From NCBI GenBank assembly GCA_002010065.2, contig MTMD02000002.1, positions 320,001 through 384,000 on the forward strand: DNA of 64,000 bases, given 5' to 3'. Positions 55,128 through 62,340 of the stretch are shown here, in pieces. Under the pieces are notes generated by a model that saw only the letters and a program-made list of their open reading frames with translations, was not told where the DNA came from and ran no database searches. Made by a program: the position numbers and the translations under genes. The DNA is from Candidatus Pyrohabitans jungbluthii. Lineage in GTDB: Archaea > Hydrothermarchaeota > Hydrothermarchaeia > Hydrothermarchaeales > BMS3B. Numbering within the stretch: position 1 is the first letter of the stretch; each line of letters begins with the position of its first letter.

Positions 55128-55479
55128 AAAGAGGGACATCAGACTATTTTTAATGGATATAATCGAGGCTATTGAAAATATAATGGAATACACTCATGGA
55201 ATGGACTATGAAGATTTTATTAAGGATAAGAAGACCATGGATGCTGTCATAAGAAACCTTGAAATTGTAGGAGAAGCTGTTAAAAGCATGCCTGAAGAAA
55301 TTAAGAAGGATTATCCCGAGGTTGACTGGAAGGAAATAGCTGGAATGAGAGACAAGTTGATACACGAGTATTTTGGTGTAAGCTATCAGATTGTATGGGA
55401 AACTATAAAAGGAGACCTCCCCGCTTTTGAATACCAGATAGAAAGGATATTGGAAGATATTGCTCAACAAAAAGAATAA
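55120..55479 (+). CDS. HEPN (DUF86/HepT-like) RNase toxin
   Basis: DAVIRNLEIVGEA; W..IAGMRDKLIHEYF (Rx4HxY); overlaps the MNT gene. Confidence 0.92.
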   Translation: MSKKRDIRLFLMDIIEAIENIMEYTHGMDYEDFIKDKKTMDAVIRNLEIVGEAVKSMPEEIKKDYPEVDWKEIAGMRDKLIHEYFGVSYQIVWETIKGDLPAFEYQIERILEDIAQQKE

Positions 55480-55546
55480 CTCTAAAACTCTTCTCATATT
55501 CTCTAAATAAAACTTCCTATTTCAATGATGGATTTGAATTCCGTGG

Positions 55547-56125
55547 CTATATCCCCTCCCTCACAATAAGCTCATACAACCTCGTAACCCGGTAGTACTT
55601 GTGGTGGGTTCTTGTCTCCTTTTTTGGCTTTGCTCTCCTGTGCTTTCTCTTCAGCACCTTTGCCCTGCAGAGGTCAACAAGCCTTTCCTCTCTCAGAGTT
55701 TCAAGCAGAGCCTTTGTTCTTTCAACTGGAAGGGAGAGAGTCTTCGAAATATGGAGGTGGTTCTCGCATCCCGCTTTCTTAAGAAACTCAAGAAGCTCAA
55801 AGGCTTCCTCTGAATAGCGTTCTTTGAAGTACAGGGCAATTCCCCTCTTCAACAAGCTTCTTAGAAGGTGCTCGCCCTTTCTGCTTAGAGTGAAGTACAG
55901 GTGGTGCTTTCTCACCTCAAGGGTTAGCTTAAATCTCGCCTCACTTTTCTTTATCGCCGAGCCTGAGGAGCGCTCAACAAGGCAAGCTTCTTCAAGACGC
56001 CTTAGAGTGTGCATCACCTCATCCCTCGGAAATTTGAGCCTCTTTGCAATCGCATTTGCGTAGTCTGCATTCGCTCTTCTCAGGTGGATGAGAATATAAA
56101 GCTCCTCAGGCGAAAGCTCAAGCAT
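55547..56125 (-). CDS. DUF2250-like tandem winged-helix protein
   Basis: ILIHLRRANADYA...KHHLYFTLSRKG; second internal copy ending THHKYYRVTR. Confidence 0.65.
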   Translation of the reverse strand: MLELSPEELYILIHLRRANADYANAIAKRLKFPRDEVMHTLRRLEEACLVERSSGSAIKKSEARFKLTLEVRKHHLYFTLSRKGEHLLRSLLKRGIALYFKERYSEEAFELLEFLKKAGCENHLHISKTLSLPVERTKALLETLREERLVDLCRAKVLKRKHRRAKPKKETRTHHKYYRVTRLYELIVREGI

Positions 56126-56213
56126 AGAGAAAAGCTCTTTACTCAGCCATAAAAATTTTCAGATTGGTGGATATACTTTTAGAGCTAACAAAAAGAAGAT
56201 GAAGTTTGGAGAT

Positions 56214-56582
56214 TCAACCCCTCTCAACCCTCACCCTGTCCCCATCTTTTGCCTTCTTTAAAACGCTGACATCGCCCGTAATCCTTCCGATGAGATTTAC
56301 TGGCTCAATAGCTCGAGGCTCTCCCGAGACGCTCGCTGGCGTAGGTCCGAAAAATATAGCTATAGCCTTGCCGGCGCACCAGAAGCAGATATTTCCCACT
56401 TCCTGCTCCTGCTTTGCGCCCTCCTCCAGCTCAGCCTCCACAGGGACGTAAAAGTATATCTCATCCCCCCAGCGGTTAACCTCCGACTCAAGGGGCAGGC
56501 TCTGGTACACCTTTTTTGCCGTCGGGGTATCGAAAAGTTCGCCCGTAACTTCAATGCCGTTGATGATTATCTTTACCTTCAC
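56214..56582 (-). CDS. Cyclophilin-like (TM1367/DUF369) protein
   Basis: LPLESEVNRWGDEIYF, GNICFW..GKAIAIFFGPTP, VNLIGRI. Confidence 0.85.
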   Translation of the reverse strand: MKVKIIINGIEVTGELFDTPTAKKVYQSLPLESEVNRWGDEIYFYVPVEAELEEGAKQEQEVGNICFWCAGKAIAIFFGPTPASVSGEPRAIEPVNLIGRITGDVSVLKKAKDGDRVRVERG

Positions 56583-56663
56583 CGCAATGCCTCCTCAGCC
56601 CTTTCCAATCTGTATAATATAAACCATCAGATTATAAAGGATACCTAAAATTTAACGGATCCA

Positions 56664-57281
56664 CTAATTCTCCTCAAAGTACTTATTCAGAACCTTTTTC
56701 ATTCCGCGCCGGAGCATGTCAGACGCGGTTGAGATGCTTATGCCGAAGTGTTTTGCTATTGCCCTTATTCCGACCTTCTTCGGAGTGTCGAAGTAGCCGT
56801 TCACCAGCGCATACTCTAAGATTTCCTCCTCCTTCTCAGTAAGAAGCTCCTTCTCGCCCTCAAGCTCGCCTATCCTCTTTATCTCAAAGGAGTAGTTCTT
56901 CTCCTCAAGAATCTGTGCCAGCTTTATCAGCGAGGAGCGCCTGGCGATGATATCCCACTCCACGCCTTCCTCGGTGTGCCTCGCCGACTTTATGAAGCAC
57001 CCCGCCTCGAGGATGCTTCTCGCGGGTATGCACTGGTGCACCGCCAGCGCCGCCTTGGCCTTGGACTCCGAGACCTTATTGATATCCTCCACACTGTCGG
57101 AGTTTATCGCGCTAAGCACCTCGTCAAGGCATGCGTCGGACTCTATCTGGAGGAGACTCTTCACCCCCTCGTTGTCATAGGGCGCAGCGTCGAGAAGCTT
57201 CACCTTTGCCTTGTTAAAGGCACGTACGGCAGCGACAGCGCAGGTTTCGGGCATCCTTATTTTGAGTTTCGCCTCAATCAC
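56664..57281 (-). CDS. Bat/HTH_10-type archaeal transcriptional regulator
   Basis: LTEKEEEILEYALVNGYFDTPKKVGIRAIAKHFGIS.STAS..LRRG. Confidence 0.88.
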   Translation of the reverse strand: MIEAKLKIRMPETCAVAAVRAFNKAKVKLLDAAPYDNEGVKSLLQIESDACLDEVLSAINSDSVEDINKVSESKAKAALAVHQCIPARSILEAGCFIKSARHTEEGVEWDIIARRSSLIKLAQILEEKNYSFEIKRIGELEGEKELLTEKEEEILEYALVNGYFDTPKKVGIRAIAKHFGISISTASDMLRRGMKKVLNKYFEEN

Positions 57282-57384
57282 ATTTTTTTATTAATAAATT
57301 ACCCTCAATAAATATTCCGAACATTTTCGTAAAAAGGGCATAAGTTTTGAAGATGTGGCGAGAGTATGAAAAGGTTTGGATATC

Positions 57385-57693
57385 CTACTGATACTCCCGC
57401 CAGGTGAACTTGCACTTGGTGCAGCGGTAGAAGCGCGTCTCGGCTTCGTCTGCCTTGCGCGTTTGCAGAAGCCACCACTCCGCCTCGAGGTTGCCGCATT
57501 TCGGGCACTCCGCTCGCGTCGTGGGAAGGGTTCTTACCTCCTGCTCTACCACAAGCATCTTATCCTTCTTCTCCTCCTTGCTCACAATCTTGTAGTCGGA
57601 CTCGTTTGCTATTTCAGCCTCTGCACCGCAGCGGGTGCACACCAGCTTCTTGTTCTTCGGCAGCATCAGGCTACCGCACTTATCGCAGAACAT
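57385..57693 (-). CDS. tfs: Transcription elongation factor TFS (RpoM-like)
   Basis: MFCDKCGSLM...CPKCGN...QTRKADEAETRFYRCTKC. Confidence 0.95.
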   Translation of the reverse strand: MFCDKCGSLMLPKNKKLVCTRCGAEAEIANESDYKIVSKEEKKDKMLVVEQEVRTLPTTRAECPKCGNLEAEWWLLQTRKADEAETRFYRCTKCKFTWREYQ

Positions 57694-58120
57694 ATTGCCT
57701 CCTCTTCATGTAGTCTTTTATTATATCAGCATGGTCGAAGGCAAGGCTCAGCTTTATCGCCTCTTCGAGGGTGAAGAGCCTCGCTTCGGCGGCGTCATCC
57801 TTACCTTTTAACTCGCCCTCACCGCGGGCGATGAAGCAGATGCTCACCACATGCCCTCGGGGGTCGCGCTCTGGCGCTGAGTATACGCCAAGCAATTCCT
57901 TAACGTCAACCTCCAAATTTGTCTCCTCTTTGGCCTCGCGCCTCGCCGCCTCCTCAACACGTTCGCCGCACTCCACAAACCCGCCGGGGAGAGCCCAGGA
58001 GCCCGCGAAGGGCTCATGCTTCCTGCGAATGAGCACTATTTGCTCGCCCACCTCGATTATTATGTCCACCGCGAGCGCTGGCGCCGGTCTAGAGCCGCAG
58101 ACGCAGGGACAGCGCATCAC
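57680..58120 (-). CDS. NUDIX hydrolase (ADP-ribose pyrophosphatase-like)
   Basis: WALPGGFVECGERVEEAARREAKEET, RDPRGH, LAFDH. Confidence 0.92.
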   Translation of the reverse strand: MMRCPCVCGSRPAPALAVDIIIEVGEQIVLIRRKHEPFAGSWALPGGFVECGERVEEAARREAKEETNLEVDVKELLGVYSAPERDPRGHVVSICFIARGEGELKGKDDAAEARLFTLEEAIKLSLAFDHADIIKDYMKRRQYVLR

Positions 58121-58650
58121 TCCACCTCCTTGTAGGCATGGAGAAGCGCCGGCAGCATGCCGATTACAGTGCAGGTCTCGAAGGGCACAGCTTTGCCTGA
58201 AAGCTCTAAGTGATGCCTAGCCATGCTCAGCACCTCTTTTGGCAAGCCCCGCCTCCCCAAGCCCATTACCACCAGGAAGGACTTGCCTCGCTTAGCTCGC
58301 GCAGCCAGCTCTCTGGGTGAGATGTGCTTCTCCTGTGCAGGCTTCGACGTTGCTGCCACCACCTCGCCGAGCTGGGGAGGGAACCCACGGCGGGGAAACT
58401 CAAAGATGTTCAGCCTGCCCTTAGATGCGAGTAGCTTCAAGTAGCGTCCGCCTTCGCCTATGGTGGTGTCGCTCGCAAGTTCTTCCACAATGCTTGAGAA
58501 GCTGCCCTCAAAAGGGAAGCCAAAAAGCGCAAGGTTTACCTCAAAGGCATAGCAAACTGGCGCCGCCCTGGCTATGCTTCGCTTGTGGATGTCGTGCAAC
58601 CTCGCAGCATCGTAGCTGTTGTATAACCCCAGGGTTATCCTTCCTCCCAT
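58117..58650 (-). CDS. DUF531-family (SPOUT-like) protein
   Basis: TLGLYNSYD, RAAPVCYAF, TTIGEGG, GFPPQLG, GLGRRGLPK, ETCT. Confidence 0.8.
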   Translation of the reverse strand: MGGRITLGLYNSYDAARLHDIHKRSIARAAPVCYAFEVNLALFGFPFEGSFSSIVEELASDTTIGEGGRYLKLLASKGRLNIFEFPRRGFPPQLGEVVAATSKPAQEKHISPRELAARAKRGKSFLVVMGLGRRGLPKEVLSMARHHLELSGKAVPFETCTVIGMLPALLHAYKEVE

Positions 58651-59084
58651 ATTGCATTACCCGCCTGTGCGAGAAGCGCCGCGAAGGCAGCTACCGACGC
58701 TGCTCTGAGTTCTCCCTCACGAGCCCCACGAAGCTTGTCCTCGAGTAAAGCAACGCACTCCTCAAGCGTTAGCGCTCCCTGAAGAAACGCTTGAGCAAGT
58801 AAGCTCTCGGCGAAGTCGCCCAGTTTGTGTTTATCTACCCGCGTGCCCGCACGCTCTCGCAGTCCTGCCTTAACCACAGCCTCCGCGAGAATTGAGTTGG
58901 AAACCTTCCTTCCCACCACCCTGCCAAGCGCCCGCGAAAGCGCGAGGGAGTAGATTAGGTTGGCTATGCTATCGCCAAGCGGAGAAAGCTCAGCAAAGCT
59001 GGTATCAAATCCCAGTACCGGGTAGCTTCTTTTCTTCTCCTTAGCTTTCCAGCTTCTTCTGCAGCTCATCAAACTCCTTCGCAA
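58635..59084 (-). CDS. Archaeal RNase III-like domain protein (start uncertain)
   Basis: LGDSIANLIYSLALS, KVSNSILAEA, DKHKLGDFAESL. Confidence 0.7.
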   Translation of the reverse strand: MRRSLMSCRRSWKAKEKKRSYPVLGFDTSFAELSPLGDSIANLIYSLALSRALGRVVGRKVSNSILAEAVVKAGLRERAGTRVDKHKLGDFAESLLAQAFLQGALTLEECVALLEDKLRGAREGELRAASVAAFAALLAQAGNAIWEEG

Positions 59085-59526
59085 CTTCTTTAAGCACCTG
59101 CTTCAGCACAAAGCGAGGTGGCGAGGGAATGCCGTAGTCCAGCTTTTTTGCCTCGCTCACATAGCGTTCGAGTATTGACTTGGCTATGCCCGTCTTCTCA
59201 GCCAGCTCGTCTAAGTCGGCCTTGAGCAGGGCGTTAGCTGTGGTAATCCCCGCCTCCGCAAGCTGCTCCTTCCGCTTTGGGCCTATGCCCGGCACGGCTG
59301 TTATCTCAACCTCCTTCTCACTCTCGCGGGGCACCTCTATCCCAGCTTTAACCTTGAGGTAGACCACGGGCTGAGAGAGCAGCGGATGGGCTATGCGATA
59401 CGACGCAGCCACTACCGCGTCGTTTTGGTTAAGTGCCTGACGCAGCAGATTGCAGAAGGTGTGATCTTCACCTGCGAGCTCAAACTCCAGCTCAGTATCG
59501 TTCTCCCTGATAACCCTTATCTCCAC
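59041..59526 (-). CDS. rpoL: RNA polymerase subunit Rpo11 (L) with internal HhH insertion
   Basis: ELEFELAGEDHTFCNLL...ASYRIAHPL; located between csl4 and tfs; 161 aa. Confidence 0.9.
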   Translation of the reverse strand: MEIRVIRENDTELEFELAGEDHTFCNLLRQALNQNDAVVAASYRIAHPLLSQPVVYLKVKAGIEVPRESEKEVEITAVPGIGPKRKEQLAEAGITTANALLKADLDELAEKTGIAKSILERYVSEAKKLDYGIPSPPRFVLKQVLKEVAKEFDELQKKLES

Positions 59527-59537
59527 GTCACAACCCC

Positions 59538-60107
59538 CTATATAACTCCCTTGCCATACTCTGTGGAATATTTCCGCGATTCATACCTGCCACAGTTGGG
59601 GCACACTAGCTTATTACCCTCAAGCCTCAGCGCTATGTTGCAGTTGGTGCAGTAAGCTTTGATGGCGCCAAGCGGGCGCTCAACCATAGACAAGGCGATG
59701 GGCACGCGCCTGGTGTTGGTAACCTTGGCAAGAACCACGTCGCCTATCTTGATCTCACGGTCTATGTCCTGTACATAGGTGTTGCGAAGCTGGGAGATGT
59801 GGATAGTGCCGTAAACATTGCCAGGAAGCTCGCGGCGGCTGCGCATAAGGCGTATAAGCTTCACCAAAGCAAACTGCTGCTTTACGTCTATTACCTTGCA
59901 CACCGCGATGTCGCCCACGCGAGGCTCTGGTATGATGTTTGTCTTGGGCTCAACCTCAATCTTACGCTCTTTCATGTCTATCTTGAGCACACCCGTAAGA
60001 GATGCGAATATCCTGCCGCTCTCCTCGTAGGTGCCTTTCCCCGGGATGAACTCCTCGCTGAACCCCAGCTCCTTGCCGGGGACAACAAACTCACCTGCCT
60101 CAACCAT
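59538..60107 (-). CDS. csl4: Exosome complex RNA-binding protein Csl4
   Basis: FVVPG..LG..EEFIPGKGTY, S1 domain IHISQ, GDVVLAKV, Zn ribbon CTNC...CPNCG..E.RK. Confidence 0.93.
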   Translation of the reverse strand: MVEAGEFVVPGKELGFSEEFIPGKGTYEESGRIFASLTGVLKIDMKERKIEVEPKTNIIPEPRVGDIAVCKVIDVKQQFALVKLIRLMRSRRELPGNVYGTIHISQLRNTYVQDIDREIKIGDVVLAKVTNTRRVPIALSMVERPLGAIKAYCTNCNIALRLEGNKLVCPNCGRYESRKYSTEYGKGVI

Positions 60108-60711
60108 CTCTAAGCCTCCTTATGCGGTATATATCAACCTCTATAAACTTCCTCTCCTTCCTGTGAAAATCATAGCTCCTGGGCAGCTCAAAGCTCACAG
60201 GCATGAGCTCTGCCACCTTACCACCAAGCTCTCGCACATAGCGAAGCACAAAGTCACGGGTCTCGCGCTTGTGAATTGAGTAAACCACAGGCGCAATCTC
60301 GAGGGCCTTCTCAAGGAAAGCCCTATCAGCACCTCTAACATGCACCCCAAAAGGCGGATTCTGAACCACGGTGTCGGCACTCCCGCTTATATCTCTGACG
60401 TCAGCCAGAATAAACTCTATGTTATCAAGAGCAAATTTTTCGGCATTTTTCTTCGCAATAGCTAGGGCTGAGCTGTCGCGGTCAACGCATATCACTAGTC
60501 TCGCGCCTAGAAGCGCGGCGCCTATGCCCAGTCTCCCCGTTCCGCATCCCAGGTCATAGACCACCTTCGTGTGGATGTCTCCTTTTAGATTCGCAAGTAT
60601 GAGAAGCTCCGCTGCAAGGGGGGCTGGCGTAACGTACTGCTCCAGCTCCAGCTTTGGCTCGCGAAAGCCCACGCACCTTTGAAGCATGATTTCAAGCTTT
60701 TTCTTGTCCAC
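60100..60711 (-). CDS. METTL5-like RNA methyltransferase
   Basis: LEQYVTP, VYDLGCGTGRL, VQNPPFG, FH. Confidence 0.9.
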   Translation of the reverse strand: MDKKKLEIMLQRCVGFREPKLELEQYVTPAPLAAELLILANLKGDIHTKVVYDLGCGTGRLGIGAALLGARLVICVDRDSSALAIAKKNAEKFALDNIEFILADVRDISGSADTVVQNPPFGVHVRGADRAFLEKALEIAPVVYSIHKRETRDFVLRYVRELGGKVAELMPVSFELPRSYDFHRKERKFIEVDIYRIRRLRDG

Positions 60712-60790
60712 ACTCTAAACTTGCGCAAACTTTATAAACTCTTTATGTTCTAATATGTTCACCACACTAAAACAGAATGGAGGTGCTGCA

Positions 60791-61147
60791 TTGGCGAAGA
60801 TTCTCGTTACCGCTTCCCATGGTACAGACGACCCAAACCGCGCCACTCTCGCATTTCTCGCTGCGAAGGCGGCGAAGGAGAACGGCGATGAGGTGAATGT
60901 CTTTCTAATGAACGACGCAGTGATGCTAGCCAAGAAGGGCGTGGCAGAGCACATTCAGGGCGTTGGATTAGCGCCCTTCCCGGAGCTTCTGGAGGTGCTT
61001 CAGATCCTAGAGGTACCTCTGCTGGTGTGCAAGCCCTGCGCTGAGGCGAGAGGTATAACAAAGGAGGACCTAGTCGAGGGTGCAAGCTTCGCCGGCATGT
61101 ACGATCTCACAAAGCTTGCACGCGAGAGCAGCGTTCTGAGCTTTTAG
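60791..61147 (+). CDS. DsrE/DsrF-like protein
   Basis: TTG start after SD GGAGGTG; HGTDDPNRA, VFLMNDAV, VCKPCAEARG. Confidence 0.85.
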   Translation: MAKILVTASHGTDDPNRATLAFLAAKAAKENGDEVNVFLMNDAVMLAKKGVAEHIQGVGLAPFPELLEVLQILEVPLLVCKPCAEARGITKEDLVEGASFAGMYDLTKLARESSVLSF

Positions 61148-61152
61148 CTCCT

Positions 61153-61554
61153 CTATTTTTTATTTAATCTTGGTTCATACGTCCATATCGTAAATCTATA
61201 AGCAGAATAGTCTGATATAATCATAAGTATGAATGCAATTATTGGACCCATACGTTTTAATTCAAATGCGGAATAGAGTTAAATGAAGAAATAAAATGCC
61301 GCAAAAATAAAAAGTGCGAAGAATATTCTGAAATGATAAAATTTATAAATTATTTTTATTTTCTTCATTTTATCTGCAGTATCGGGCTTATCATCCTCTT
61401 CTTCCCCATATATTAAACGCACAATAAGTCTTGCAGGAATGAACAGTAAATAACTTGCAACTATTGCCATAGTAACTTGAAATAAAGGGCTTTCTCCAAT
61501 GAAATCGTCTTGGTAAATGATAAACAATGCAAAATCCAAAATATGCAAAATCAT
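61153..61554 (-). pseudogene. AT-rich membrane protein gene interrupted by an in-frame TAA at 61279-61281
   Basis: The frame stays open for 41 codons past the stop (LYSAFELKRMGPIIAFILMIISDY...), including another hydrophobic helix. Confidence 0.4.
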
Positions 61555-61579
61555 TTACCGTCTGGAAAATATCGGACAC

Positions 61580-62146
61580 TCACCTAAGTCTTGGAATAAT
61601 CGCCGGCATCCGGGAGCAGTAGCTCTGGTAAGCCTCGCCGAACTCCTCGCGGAGTCTGCGCTCCTCCATGTAGATGCCAAAGGCGAAGTAGAGCGTTGCG
61701 AGAAGGTAGAGCAGAGCATCAAGGCTACGAATCTCTGGCGAAGCCCAGATGAAGAGTATCGCCCCCAGATACATGGGGTGGCGCACCTTCGCGTAGAGCC
61801 CGGAGGTTACCAGCCTCTTCTGCTCCGGCTTGAGACCGAGAAACTCAGCCGCTCCCGTCTGAATAAGGCTAGCTGCAAGAATTGCTGCACCAGCCAGTTT
61901 AACCAGGAGCAACGCCGCAAAGCCGGCAAGGGAGAGCAGCACAGGCGTTTCTCCACGCTTCATAAGCCAGTAGGCTGCGAAGGGCAGCGCTGTTGGAAAG
62001 CTAAGAATGGTGTAGAGCAGGCGGTACCTAACGCCGCGAGGCTTAAGCACCGCTTCAACCCGCCGCTTGAAGAAATTTGCGGCTGTGAGAGAGTGGACAA
62101 GGGCAAATAGTCCAAACAGCAGGCTCAGCGTTACATAGACGCTCAT
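61580..62146 (-). CDS. Isoprenylcysteine carboxyl methyltransferase / MddA-like membrane methyltransferase
   Basis: FALVHSL, YRLLY, LVTSGLYAKVRHPMYLG, EERRL...FGEAY..Y...P.IIP. Confidence 0.82.
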   Translation of the reverse strand: MSVYVTLSLLFGLFALVHSLTAANFFKRRVEAVLKPRGVRYRLLYTILSFPTALPFAAYWLMKRGETPVLLSLAGFAALLLVKLAGAAILAASLIQTGAAEFLGLKPEQKRLVTSGLYAKVRHPMYLGAILFIWASPEIRSLDALLYLLATLYFAFGIYMEERRLREEFGEAYQSYCSRMPAIIPRLR

Positions 62147-62147
62147 A

Positions 62148-62330
62148 CTAATCCCTGAAGGCAAAGGTTACGCTGACGCTGGCGGTTATCTCCTCCCCTC
62201 CGGGTAAAATTGGCGTCTGCGCCTTTGCAATGCCCATCTCAGCCCTGGCGATTGTCCTGTTCACCTCTCCCTCACTTGCAAGGCAGCCACCAAAGAAAAG
62301 TAGCAGGAAAAGTATGTAAACAATTTTCAT
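62148..62330 (-). pseudogene. Internally deleted SIMPL (DUF541)-like lipoprotein remnant
   Basis: Lipoprotein signal FFGGC joined almost directly to the SIMPL-type C-terminal strand TPILPGGEEITASVSVTF; only 60 aa. Confidence 0.45.
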
Positions 62331-62340
62331 ACCGCAAAAC

